Assembly (NCBI GenBank): GCA_020696385.1
Contig: JAEHCQ010000001.1
Coordinates: 1 to 64,000 of the forward strand
Direction: 5' to 3'
Source of the DNA: Methanobacteriota archaeon
GTDB lineage: Archaea; Thermoplasmatota; Thermoplasmata; SG8-5; JAGLSY01
Length of the DNA: 64,000 nt
How positions within the stretch are numbered: the stretch's first letter is position 1; the number at the start of each line of letters is the position of its first letter. Shown piece after piece: positions 18,416 to 28,310 of the stretch. The translations under genes were made by a program, and so were the position numbers. The notes under the pieces were generated by a model, which saw only the letters and a list, made by a program, of their open reading frames with translations, was not told the origin of the DNA and searched no databases.

Positions 18416-18776
18416 TGGCAAGCACCTCCTTCACATTATCAACTGCCCCAGATAATGCTGCTGTGAGCTTATCAGCATCAGCATTCATGGCGAATATAGC
18501 TATCAAAGCCTTTGAGCCCAAACTGCTTGCCATAAGCAGACCATTATTGGATTCAATGACTATCCTCATGGGAGGATCCCTACCAAGACTGGAATATACT
18601 ACCTCTGATGCTCCCAGAATGGTGGCCGATAGTGTTGAAAATGTTTCGATCTGACTATCGTCTGGTATATTCCAGGCGATCGGCACTCCACTTCGCGATA
18701 TTATAGCGGAAATTTCTATCTCATGTTTTTCGTTTAGCGATTCGAGCTCTTTGTTTAGTTCACCAACCATTGACAT
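18396..18776 (-). CDS. Roadblock/LC7 (MglB-like) protein
   Basis: SAIISRSGVPIAW...FSTLSATILGASE...IVIESNNG. GGAGG SD before ATG 18776; overlaps the GvpD-like gene. Confidence 0.9.
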   Translation of the reverse strand: MSMVGELNKELESLNEKHEIEISAIISRSGVPIAWNIPDDSQIETFSTLSATILGASEVVYSSLGRDPPMRIVIESNNGLLMASSLGSKALIAIFAMNADADKLTAALSGAVDNVKEVLANEQGKL

Positions 18777-19028
18777 ATTTTGCCCTCCTATATGGTTTTT
18801 AGTTGATCCAGGTAACCTGACATTCATCACCAGTTGACTATGGTGATGCATGCATGAAAATTGTGTCTAAATCCAATTTCCATGAATTAACTCCCCTTTG
18901 TTATTCCTAACTATATCATAATGGGGTTATTTAATTATTTTCTATGATTTCTCAAGTCTGGGATATGTATATGATCATATGTGAAATATGACCCGGGATA
19001 TTAGGCCTATAGAAAATGAGAGCGGATC

Positions 19029-19685
19029 TCAATATATCCTGCCACATCTGATGCACTGATGTCGACCATCTCCTGTCATGGCCAGGCTTCCGCCACAGGA
19101 TGAGCATTGGCTAGCCTGTTGTGGAGGGGGTGCCGGTTGATCCTGGTAATTGGAAGGGGGCGGGGGTTGGTTATAGACAGGCGTGTTTTGATCGGGATAC
19201 TGCTGCGCAGGAGGTTGGGTGTATTGATGCTCCTGATAGATATGCTGATCATGGTGTAGGGGTTCGCTTGTCAATACCACACTGGTACCTGCTATCCTGT
19301 CAAGGTATTTTTGTTTTGGATCTCCTTCGGTCAGCATGCCCACGATCACATCTATCAGCAATAGAAAACTATTGATCTTGGAGATATTTCGGATCACCAC
19401 TTTACCAATGTCCAGATCACCCGAAAAGGCGATCACCCTGAGCTTCATTATCTTCTTGCCAAGGCTGGCTCCCATGGCCAATTCAGTTATAAGGAAATAA
19501 AGAAGGAATATAATGCCCATGGAACTGAAATAATACAGGCCGAAATTCCAATTCAGCAGAAAATTTGACAATATGGTCAAAGGAACTGCCACGATGATAT
19601 AATCTATGATTATCGCAATAAATCTCTTAATCCAATGATCTTTCAGTGCTTCGTCCGAACCTATGATATCCATAGCCGATGTCAT
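19029..19685 (-). CDS. RDD-family membrane protein with Pro/Gln-rich linker and C-terminal zinc ribbon
   Basis: KRFIAIIID, GASLGKKIMKLRV, DRIAGTSVV; tail CSSCGG...CIRCG. Confidence 0.85.
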   Translation of the reverse strand: MTSAMDIIGSDEALKDHWIKRFIAIIIDYIIVAVPLTILSNFLLNWNFGLYYFSSMGIIFLLYFLITELAMGASLGKKIMKLRVIAFSGDLDIGKVVIRNISKINSFLLLIDVIVGMLTEGDPKQKYLDRIAGTSVVLTSEPLHHDQHIYQEHQYTQPPAQQYPDQNTPVYNQPPPPSNYQDQPAPPPQQASQCSSCGGSLAMTGDGRHQCIRCGRIY

Positions 19686-19907
19686 GTCATCCCTCCTGAC
19701 ATACCACATGATGAAATTGGTCGATATAAATATTTAGGTGAGTGAGACTACATTTCACACATATTTGCAAGTACCTATATATATCACCAGCACAATCCAG
19801 TTCATACCTTCTACGGAAGGGGGAGTGATATTGATGGGGATGGATGGCAGTAAATGCCATTATGAATATTCATCATCATAATATCAGAAAATAATGGAGC
19901 GATCATT

Positions 19908-20846
19908 ATGGGTAACATGGTAATAGCCATTGGAGGCAATGCCCTCATAAAGCCAGGCCAGGAAGGAACTATCTATGAACAATTCGCCAATGCAAGGGAG
20001 ACCTGCGAGCAGGTGATCAAATTGGTGAAGAAGGGTCATGATATTGTCCTAACACATGGCAATGGGCCACAAGTGGGCAATGCTATCTTGAGGCATGAGA
20101 ACTCCAAGAATTCCATACCAGCTTTTCCCCTGGGGATGTGTGTTGCGGAGACAGTTGGCTCCCTTGGATATATGTTGCAGCAGACAATGCAGAATACGGT
20201 CAAAACTGCCGGAGTGGACAAATACACTCTGACGGTGATCACACAGGTAGTTGTTGACAAGGACGATCCATCCTTCAAGAACCCGACAAAACCCATAGGC
20301 CAGTTCTATGAAAAAGATGAGATAATGAATATGGCGAAAGAGGACGGATGGTCTGTCGGGGAGGATAGTGGCAGAGGTTGGAGACGAATGGTCCCATCAC
20401 CAAGGCCAGTAAGAATTGTAGAGGTGGGAACCATACGCGAACTGCTTGCCGAAGGCAGAATTCTAATTGCTTGTGGCGGCGGTGGACTTCCGGTCATAGA
20501 GCTTGAGAATGGACAGCTGGATGGAGTGGAAGCTGTCATTGACAAGGATTATGCGTCATCACGATTGGCACAGCAGCTCAATACCAAGCTATTCATCATT
20601 CTAACAACCGTGGACAAGGTCTCGATCAATTTCGGAAAGCCAGATCAGAAGGAACTGGACACCATCAACTTGGATGAAGCAAGAGCCCTTATGGCGGAAG
20701 GTCATTTCCCGCCAGGTTCAATGGGCCCAAAGATGGAAGCAGCCATTGATTTCCTTGAGAATGATGGAGAAGAGGTTATAATAACAGAGATTGGATTTCT
20801 GGAGCAGGCACTTGAGGGAAAGGCCGGCACGCACATAGTTCGTTGA
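19908..20846 (+). CDS. arcC: Carbamate kinase
   Basis: VIAIGGNAL, THGNGPQVG, PTKPIG, RRMVPSP, EAVIDKD, GSMGPK. Confidence 0.96.
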   Translation: MGNMVIAIGGNALIKPGQEGTIYEQFANARETCEQVIKLVKKGHDIVLTHGNGPQVGNAILRHENSKNSIPAFPLGMCVAETVGSLGYMLQQTMQNTVKTAGVDKYTLTVITQVVVDKDDPSFKNPTKPIGQFYEKDEIMNMAKEDGWSVGEDSGRGWRRMVPSPRPVRIVEVGTIRELLAEGRILIACGGGGLPVIELENGQLDGVEAVIDKDYASSRLAQQLNTKLFIILTTVDKVSINFGKPDQKELDTINLDEARALMAEGHFPPGSMGPKMEAAIDFLENDGEEVIITEIGFLEQALEGKAGTHIVR

Positions 20847-20913
20847 TCGTCGAACTTTCCCATAGAGTTTTCAACCCAAATGCTTAATTAATAAAGGCTC
20901 AATAACTAATCGA

Positions 20914-21378
20914 ATGAGCTTTGATCTTTCTGTAGTTACAAACACCCCCTTGTCGGGTCTCGACGACCTGGATGAGGCATGTATGATCTTTCTGACCAAT
21001 ATCGGTTATCTGCCCAAGGGATATGAATTAAGGAATAATGGCGATAATGCAAGGGACAGCATCCCCTTCAGACTATTCGTCGACTGTCTTTTGAAAAGAA
21101 GGGACAAGGTCTGGCTCATAGAAGAACTGGCTGCTGAGCTTGAAACATCCAAGCCTACGGTTTACAGGCATATCAACAAGCTCAAATCAATGGACCTTCT
21201 TGATTTCACACAGGTCGAAGTATCTGATAATACATTCAAGAAAGGTTACAGGCTGAGATATGATAATCTGGCCAAGGCATGGAACTTTGTCGAGGCCCAT
21301 GTCGGGGTCGCGATGGAGAACTACAGAAAAACTGTGGATCATATCCAGAAGTTGGTCGAGGCAGAAAGGAGGAAGTAA
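20914..21378 (+). CDS. Winged-HTH transcriptional regulator
   Basis: EELAAELETSKPTVYRHINKLKSMDLL. Confidence 0.8.
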   Translation: MSFDLSVVTNTPLSGLDDLDEACMIFLTNIGYLPKGYELRNNGDNARDSIPFRLFVDCLLKRRDKVWLIEELAAELETSKPTVYRHINKLKSMDLLDFTQVEVSDNTFKKGYRLRYDNLAKAWNFVEAHVGVAMENYRKTVDHIQKLVEAERRK

Positions 21379-21669
21379 ATGTCAAAAAAATCTGAAGATA
21401 TAGAACCGATAGTTCTGACCATTGGTTCCCAGTACAGGGTGAAATCACTTGAATCCAGGGACTCCCCGCTTATCACACACGGTAAATTCCTGGGATACAC
21501 ATCAATTGGCAATGACGATGGCCTATGCATGGAACTGGACGATTCCCACAAGGATATGAAAGGCAGGGTGCGGGTCATTCCGATGCACATGTTGGTATGC
21601 ATCGATATTATCAAGGCCAATGAGAAGAAGGATGAGAAAAAGAAACCATCCGGCACCATGTATGGGTGA
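21379..21669 (+). CDS. Hypothetical small beta-rich protein
   Basis: Strong SD (AGGAGG), coupled to both neighbours. Confidence 0.7.
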   Translation: MSKKSEDIEPIVLTIGSQYRVKSLESRDSPLITHGKFLGYTSIGNDDGLCMELDDSHKDMKGRVRVIPMHMLVCIDIIKANEKKDEKKKPSGTMYG

Positions 21670-21995
21670 TCATGCCAACTGAGTTCGACAGCAGTAGTCT
21701 CGAAGCAAGGGTTCTGATATTACTGCAAAAAGCATATCCAATCACACTTGATGAGATGGAGCGCAAGCTCAAGATATCCAGTTTGAAATTGAAAAGGGTT
21801 CTGTCCGCACTTGAGGTGAAAGGCTTCGTGGCGATCCGACCACTTCCAGATAAAACCTATGTAGATCTTATAAGCCAGAACTTCAGATTCACGGGCAGAA
21901 ATCCCAGCCAGCAGAAGAAGCTAAAGCATAAGAAAGCAAAGAAACCAGGCGGGGGCAATCAAACGAATGATTATGATGGCCCCATGTTCGGTTAG
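21666..21995 (+). CDS. Winged-HTH protein with basic tail
   Basis: PITLDEMERKLKISSLKLKRVLSALEVKGFV. Confidence 0.7.
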   Translation: MIMPTEFDSSSLEARVLILLQKAYPITLDEMERKLKISSLKLKRVLSALEVKGFVAIRPLPDKTYVDLISQNFRFTGRNPSQQKKLKHKKAKKPGGGNQTNDYDGPMFG

Positions 21996-22457
21996 GTGGA
22001 TGATATGAAAGTCAGGCCGATGAAAGAATGGATCTTTTACGCGTTCATATTGGTCGGAATAATATGTGCCATCCTTTTGCCAATGACGGCCTTGACATAC
22101 ATAGAATATGCAGAATCTGGCTATGGAATTGATGTTGAAATAAGTGAAGCAAAGGTCGCACCAGATAATGAATTAGATGTGATGATGAGCATCAGCAATC
22201 CGGGTAAGCTGGAGCTGGAGATAACCCGAATTGAATTCGTATTCGAGGACGGAACTGAGTTCAAAAAAACCATGGGCGTGGAGATCGATAGAAAAGGCAC
22301 TGAAGAGATAGGGTTCGGTATACCCATGACAGCGGACAATCTGGCACAGACCTCCCAGGGAGAACTGCCCTATTCGATGATCGTGGAAGTGTATATCCCC
22401 CATCGAGACGCGTACTCGTATCTCAATGTCGACGGAACAATGGAGGTCCTTCCATGA
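21996..22457 (+). CDS. Membrane-anchored LEA_2-like beta-sandwich protein
   Basis: N-terminal TM and an ISNPG.LEL motif. Confidence 0.55.
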   Translation: MDDMKVRPMKEWIFYAFILVGIICAILLPMTALTYIEYAESGYGIDVEISEAKVAPDNELDVMMSISNPGKLELEITRIEFVFEDGTEFKKTMGVEIDRKGTEEIGFGIPMTADNLAQTSQGELPYSMIVEVYIPHRDAYSYLNVDGTMEVLP

Positions 22458-22978
22458 GCAGTAGTCTGGATAGGGATCGAGATCTGGATCCGCAAGGGCC
22501 TACCAATAAAAAACTGGATGACATGGGAGATATCTGGGGCATCCAGGAAGAGCAGATAGAGAGCATGGACCCCCTAAAATTCAGCTCCTGGCCATGGACC
22601 ATCCTGAAAGGAGTTCTTGGCGTGATAATAGTCACCACCATTTATCTTTTATACAATCTGGCAGAGATACCGTGGACGATCGGCGAGTCCTTCGCCGGGA
22701 TGATGATATTCGCCTTCGTGCCCTTCTTCGTCAGCTTTGTTCTTGGGATGACATTCGAGAGTGGGAAGAAAGCACTGGTCTTTTCGATCATAGTCGGTAT
22801 GGCATCATTGTTCCTATTGTATGCGATCCTCAGCCACCCATACAGAATGAACTTATTCGACTATGGTGATGGATATTCGGCCTACATGTGGTGGTATATT
22901 CTACTATCATTCATCAATATGATATCATTCATGCCAGTGGCGGCCGTAGTAGCGTCCTCGACCAATGTGTATGAGTGA
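22454..22978 (+). CDS. Hypothetical 4-TM membrane protein
   Basis: Four hydrophobic helices; ATGA overlap with the upstream gene. Confidence 0.7.
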   Translation: MSSSLDRDRDLDPQGPTNKKLDDMGDIWGIQEEQIESMDPLKFSSWPWTILKGVLGVIIVTTIYLLYNLAEIPWTIGESFAGMMIFAFVPFFVSFVLGMTFESGKKALVFSIIVGMASLFLLYAILSHPYRMNLFDYGDGYSAYMWWYILLSFINMISFMPVAAVVASSTNVYE

Positions 22979-23008
22979 GATATCTCGGGATGTGAATGAG
23001 GCAGTAAT

Positions 23009-23452
23009 ATGGAATTCAAATTGAGGGGTGCGGAAAAAAAGGACATTGATATCCTATTCCAGATCCATAAGGATGCATACGAATTCAATGTGGCAAAGAT
23101 ATGGGGGTGGGATGATGACCTCCAATCCAATATGTTCAGAAAGAGTGTGGTACTTGAGAATGTCCAGGTGATAATAATCCGGGAGAGGCCAGTGGGGTAC
23201 ATAGATATCGATCACAGGGGCGATTTCATATTCATACGATCCATAGCCATTATATCTGATTACAGGTCAAAAGGAATTGGAGGCCAGGTAATTCAGGATA
23301 TCATAGAAATATCTGAAAAACAGGGGATGCCAGTCCATCTCCAGGTGATGAAGATAAATGAAGCCAGAAAATTATATGATAGATTGGGATTCAAGGTGTA
23401 TGATGAGACCGAAACACATTACAAGCTCAAAAGGGAGCCAGTGGTAAGTTGA
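23009..23452 (+). CDS. GNAT acetyltransferase
   Basis: YRSKGIGG, N.ARKLYDRLGF. Confidence 0.9.
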   Translation: MEFKLRGAEKKDIDILFQIHKDAYEFNVAKIWGWDDDLQSNMFRKSVVLENVQVIIIRERPVGYIDIDHRGDFIFIRSIAIISDYRSKGIGGQVIQDIIEISEKQGMPVHLQVMKINEARKLYDRLGFKVYDETETHYKLKREPVVS

Positions 23453-23456
23453 TAGA

Positions 23457-25022
23457 ATGACCTCACAATATTATGACGAGATCATAGATGCCATCAAGTC
23501 TGGCAAGATCCAAACCAAGGATGAGATTCATAAAATGAAGATCGTCCTTTGTAGGAAATACCCCATGGACAGCATACCCAGTGACGCGGATATCCTGGCA
23601 CATGTGGACGAGGAGGATTACGAGTTACTTGTGCCCTTCCTGATGATCAAGCCAGTGCGCACGATAAGCGGTGTGGCTGTTGTTGCTGTAATGACCTCGC
23701 CTCATGATTGCCCACACGGTAAGTGCATCTTCTGCCCGGGAGGGGTGGATAATGGAACCGCGCAGTCATATACTGGCAAGGAGCCGGCAGCGCTTCGAGC
23801 CGCGCACAATGAGTTCGATCCTGTCAGGCAAGTGACATCCCGATTGAACCAGATCAGAGCAATAGGCCACAAGACCGGTAAGGTGGACCTGATAATCATG
23901 GGCGGGACCTTCACGGCCAGGGACGTGGAATATCAGGAATGCTTCGTGAAGGGGTGCTTCGACGGCATGAACAATATCGTGTCCAGCAGTATTGAGGAGG
24001 CACATCTGCTCAATCAGAGCGCGGATACAAGATGCATCGGGATGACCGTGGAAACGAGGCCAGATCATTTCATGGAGCCTCATATCGACATCTCACTCAG
24101 GCTGGGAGCGACCAGAGTGGAATTGGGAGTCCAGACACTTAATGATAAAACTCTGTTGGATGTGAAAAGAGGGCACGACGTGGCTCAGACCACGAAAGCC
24201 ACGCAGCTGACCCGCGATGCCGGAATGAAAGTCGGATATCACATGATGCCAGGCCTTCCGGGAGAAACAGCGGCCAGCGACCTGGAGACCTTCAAGAAAT
24301 TATTTTCAGATTCTAGATTCATGCCGGATATTCTTAAGATATATCCGGTTCTCGTGATCGATGGCACAGATCTGCATAAGATGTGGAAGGCTGGGGATTA
24401 CAAAACCTACGAGATGGACGAGCTCGTAGGTCTACTGGCTGACATCAAGGAGATACTGCCACCATGGACCAGGATACAGCGCATCCAGAGGGATATTCCA
24501 GTTCAGCTGATAGAAGCTGGATCGCAGAAAAGTCATGTGCGAATGATGGCACAGGACGAGCTGAAGCGCAGGGGCAGTAAGTGCAGATGCATAAGATGCA
24601 GGGAAGCTGGCCACAATCAATTGCGGGGCATTGACATTGGAGAGGTGTCACTCACGCACAGGCAATATGAAGCGGCGGGCGGGATCGAGCATTTCATATC
24701 ATACGAGGACAAGGTGAAGGATATCGTACTGGCCTTCACCAGATTGCGAATTCCATCAGAGAACGCGCATCGACCAGAACTGGAAAATGCCTCCATCATC
24801 CGCGAGCTCCGGGTACTGGGAAGGTCTGTTCCCATCGGGGAGAAGAAGGACGAGGCCTGGCAGCACATGGGCTATGGCGAGAGGCTCATCGAAGAAGCGA
24901 AGGAGATTTCCAACCAGCAGGGGATTGAGAAACTGCTGGTCATGAGCGGTGTCGGCGTGCGTGAGTATTATCGAAAACTGGAATTCGAGAGAGATGGGCC
25001 GTACATGGGAATTGGATTGTGA
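23457..25022 (+). CDS. elp3: Elp3 tRNA uridine(34) acetyltransferase (radical SAM plus KAT)
   Basis: RTISGVAVVAVM, CPHGKCIFCPGG, QSYTGKEP, ETRPD, RIQRDIP, QHMGYG, SGVGVREYY. Confidence 0.96.
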   Translation: MTSQYYDEIIDAIKSGKIQTKDEIHKMKIVLCRKYPMDSIPSDADILAHVDEEDYELLVPFLMIKPVRTISGVAVVAVMTSPHDCPHGKCIFCPGGVDNGTAQSYTGKEPAALRAAHNEFDPVRQVTSRLNQIRAIGHKTGKVDLIIMGGTFTARDVEYQECFVKGCFDGMNNIVSSSIEEAHLLNQSADTRCIGMTVETRPDHFMEPHIDISLRLGATRVELGVQTLNDKTLLDVKRGHDVAQTTKATQLTRDAGMKVGYHMMPGLPGETAASDLETFKKLFSDSRFMPDILKIYPVLVIDGTDLHKMWKAGDYKTYEMDELVGLLADIKEILPPWTRIQRIQRDIPVQLIEAGSQKSHVRMMAQDELKRRGSKCRCIRCREAGHNQLRGIDIGEVSLTHRQYEAAGGIEHFISYEDKVKDIVLAFTRLRIPSENAHRPELENASIIRELRVLGRSVPIGEKKDEAWQHMGYGERLIEEAKEISNQQGIEKLLVMSGVGVREYYRKLEFERDGPYMGIGL

Positions 25023-25216
25023 GCTTCAATCGCACGTTCATGTCAACGATTGCATGAATGCGCCAATAATACCTTTAATACCAGGGTCAATAGAGTTATT
25101 GTGAAGAATATGAATGAAAATCAGATAGTGGTAGAGGAAATGGAATATACAAAATACTGTACCAATCATCATTTATATTCAAAAAATAATAGCAATAACG
25201 GAAGAGGTGTTTGAAC

Positions 25217-27142
25217 ATGGAAAGAGATATCGTAAGTGTGATCCTGGTAGTGATCTTGATCGTCAGCGGAGTGACATTAGTGGCATTCACCCAGATTACT
25301 GAGGATGACCCAAATAACATAATACTGCCTTCAACCGGTGATGGCAGTAATGACCACGTGCCGATACTATTCCCCAATGTGGATGATATGGCAAATGATA
25401 CCAATGTGAATGATGATGCATTCGCAGGAATGAAACGGTTCGACTCATACCAGGATGTCGTGGATTATCTGAACATCTCCGATGATTACGATAATAATGG
25501 ATATCACAGAGTGGATGATGACATGGTATTGTTCGATGCCGAAGAGTCCGTTGCAGCCCCATCGTTATCCTTTGGCACCGCGGATGGTGTAATTGAAAAG
25601 GACAGTTATTCATCCACGAACAACCAGGTCTCCGGAGTAGAAGAGGGAGATCGAGTAATGAATGATGGAGAATATGCTTACATCATATCCAATGACAGAG
25701 CCTCCGTGATAGTCATGGATGTCGTTCCAGCAAAGGATGCGAAGATAATCTCTGTTGTAACATCGACCTCGCAGATCCAGGATATATATCTCTCAAATGG
25801 CAAGCTGGTCATCATCGGCCAGAGCTATTATTTCGAGGAGGGACTTCACAATTCTAATTATCAATACTCGAACAGGCCAGTCATCAGTGTACAGATACTC
25901 GATGTCAATGACAGGATAGATATGACGATGGTGAAGAACGATACCCTGAAGGGGAATTACCTTACCTCCAGGATGATCGACGACCACCTGTATCTGATAT
26001 CCAACCTATATGGACATGCCTGCATTGAAGGCGAAGATAGGCTTCCGATACCAGCTAACAAGACCTATTATATCGATGACCAGGAGCAGTACAGACAGGT
26101 GACCTCCTTCATGACGATAAACATAGATGAGCCAGCATCTGAATCCAGGGTGGCCTCGATAATGATGAGCTCATCAAACAATATCTATGTCTCCAGGGAC
26201 AATATATTCATCACACATCCGAACTATCAGAATATGTACAGGTGGAATGATGCAGATGGAGAATATCAGGAAAAGACCATAGTTCACAGACTGGCCATAG
26301 ACGAGAATGAGATAATATATGCTGCCACCGGGGAGGTTCCAGGAACTCCATTGAACAGATACTCGATGGATGAATATGATGGGCATTTCCGCATGGCGAC
26401 CTCCACCGGCTGGATGGATGAGAACCAGGTCTATGTTCTGAATGAAAGCCTGGATACGGTCGGGAGCGTGGAGAATATCGCTCCTGGTGAGAGAATTTAC
26501 TCGGCCAGGTTCATGGGTGAGAAACTATACCTTGTCACATTCAGGCAAGTTGATCCCTTCTATGTCATCGACTTATCTGATCCAACAGACCCGCAAATAC
26601 TGGGAGAATTAAAAATCCCAGGATATTCCGATTACCTTCACCCGTACGATGATAACCACATCATGGGCCTGGGTAAGGAAGGAAGCGATGTGAAATTATC
26701 CCTCTTCGATGTCACAAATGTAAGTGATCCAATAGAGCTGGATAAGATCATTATAGAAGGAAGCTGGTCGAACTCGGAAGCCCTGAATGACCCGCATGCC
26801 TTCCTCTTCAGCAGGGAGAAGAACATGCTGGTTATCCCAATGGATGTCTACAATTATGATGATAATGACTACTATAACAGTGGTTCAAGATGGGCTGGCT
26901 CATATGTATTCGACATATCCGTAGAGGATGGCATAAGCATCAAGGCCAAGATCTCCCATGAACTACCAGAAATAGATGATGATCCCTACACCTATGATTA
27001 CTACTATCAGTACAACCATTTCGAGCAGGCTGGCAGGGCCTTCTACATCGATAATGTCCTGTACACGGTATCATACAGCATGCTGAGGGCCACGAGCATG
27101 GATGACTATGATGCTATCAATACAGTCTATCTGATACCATAG
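25217..27142 (+). CDS. Membrane-anchored secreted beta-propeller protein (COG4880-like)
   Basis: N-terminal TM, YSSTNNQVSGVEEGD, NRYSMDEY, GERIYSARF, VTFRQVDPFYVIDLSDP, LKIPGYSDYLHP. Confidence 0.88.
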   Translation: MERDIVSVILVVILIVSGVTLVAFTQITEDDPNNIILPSTGDGSNDHVPILFPNVDDMANDTNVNDDAFAGMKRFDSYQDVVDYLNISDDYDNNGYHRVDDDMVLFDAEESVAAPSLSFGTADGVIEKDSYSSTNNQVSGVEEGDRVMNDGEYAYIISNDRASVIVMDVVPAKDAKIISVVTSTSQIQDIYLSNGKLVIIGQSYYFEEGLHNSNYQYSNRPVISVQILDVNDRIDMTMVKNDTLKGNYLTSRMIDDHLYLISNLYGHACIEGEDRLPIPANKTYYIDDQEQYRQVTSFMTINIDEPASESRVASIMMSSSNNIYVSRDNIFITHPNYQNMYRWNDADGEYQEKTIVHRLAIDENEIIYAATGEVPGTPLNRYSMDEYDGHFRMATSTGWMDENQVYVLNESLDTVGSVENIAPGERIYSARFMGEKLYLVTFRQVDPFYVIDLSDPTDPQILGELKIPGYSDYLHPYDDNHIMGLGKEGSDVKLSLFDVTNVSDPIELDKIIIEGSWSNSEALNDPHAFLFSREKNMLVIPMDVYNYDDNDYYNSGSRWAGSYVFDISVEDGISIKAKISHELPEIDDDPYTYDYYYQYNHFEQAGRAFYIDNVLYTVSYSMLRATSMDDYDAINTVYLIP

Positions 27143-27173
27143 TGATCGAGGCAATAGGGACAGCCAGACAAAA

Positions 27174-27238
27174 AATGAGGGATCCCAAAAGCTAAAGCGT
27201 TGGGATGTCAAATAACGCGCCGTTGTAATGAACGGCGT
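27174..27238. repeat. REP-like hairpin with GCTAAAGC apex plus a second hairpin
   Basis: ATCCCAAAAGCTAAAGCGTTGGGAT, similar to 37346-37378, then CGCCGTT-N6-AACGGCG. Confidence 0.6.
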
Positions 27239-27285
27239 GATCTTTACTTTTTGCTTTATTATATTATGTTATAATATAATACATT

Positions 27286-28101
27286 TCACTTCACAATTAT
27301 ACTGGCATAGCCAACTACCTCGGCCATAGGGGTGACATTCCCGGAGTTGGAATATTTCAAAAGCTCGGCCTCGCTCCCACCAACAGCTTCCATCATGGCC
27401 ATTATCGGCCCATAGCCACATGCGGATATCCGATTCTTGATAATGGTGGTGTAAAAGCCCTTGATATCAAGCTCCAGTATCTTGTTGATAGCCTTGGTGT
27501 CCTTTTCCTTCGCGACCTCGGGTGATACATAATGACTGAAGTCACTGGATGCGATAATAACCACATCCATACCCTTTGTTGCTTCTCTTATGATCTTACC
27601 AACTTCTATGGCAGTGCGATGATCCTGTATCATCATGGTGATCGGAACGAACTTCACATCCTTGTCAAAGAACTTGATAAAAGGCAGCTGGACCTCTAAA
27701 GAATGCTCATTCCTGTGAGAGATGATATCCTTGGCAATTATGCCTTTCTGGATCCTGCTGGCGAGATCTTTATCGATCTCCATCATGCCCAATGGTGTTT
27801 TAAAATCCTGATCCGTGATGGCCACTCCATTCCCCATGCCAGTGTGATTGGGCCCGATAATAATAAAAACATCCGGAAATCCATCCTCGGCCAGTGCCTT
27901 CATGCCATGAGCCACGACCGGGCCAGAATACATGAGGCCAGCATGAGGCAATACCATGCCTTTGATCAGACGTGGCCCTTCTGGACTCAGAGACGGCACA
28001 GTGCCCGGGCCAATTGGGCTCATGAAGCATTCCTTCACCTGCTTGGTCAGACCCTCAGCATCTCCAGCATAGAACTGTCCGGCAACTGCGGGATATCTCA
28101 T
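27286..28101 (-). CDS. MEMO1 family protein (AmmeMemoRadiSam system protein B)
   Basis: RYPAVAGQFY, PHAG..YSG, GPNH, EHSLEVQLPF, ASSDFSHY, CGYGP, VVGYAS. Confidence 0.93.
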   Translation of the reverse strand: MRYPAVAGQFYAGDAEGLTKQVKECFMSPIGPGTVPSLSPEGPRLIKGMVLPHAGLMYSGPVVAHGMKALAEDGFPDVFIIIGPNHTGMGNGVAITDQDFKTPLGMMEIDKDLASRIQKGIIAKDIISHRNEHSLEVQLPFIKFFDKDVKFVPITMMIQDHRTAIEVGKIIREATKGMDVVIIASSDFSHYVSPEVAKEKDTKAINKILELDIKGFYTTIIKNRISACGYGPIMAMMEAVGGSEAELLKYSNSGNVTPMAEVVGYASIIVK

Positions 28102-28310
28102 AGGCGATAGAAGTAAATGCAGGTTGATAAGCATTGTGTATAGGTGTGCGTGATCTTACACGACACATCTGGCCCTACATGAACATAAGACAAGTATAAG
28201 CATCTGAAATATGCCTGGTATAATGATGCAATTCGACTACTGATCGAAGGAGAGATATCTGAAACCTTTATTTACCTAATTATCATACAGGTTGATAAGA
28301 TGGTGATAAT

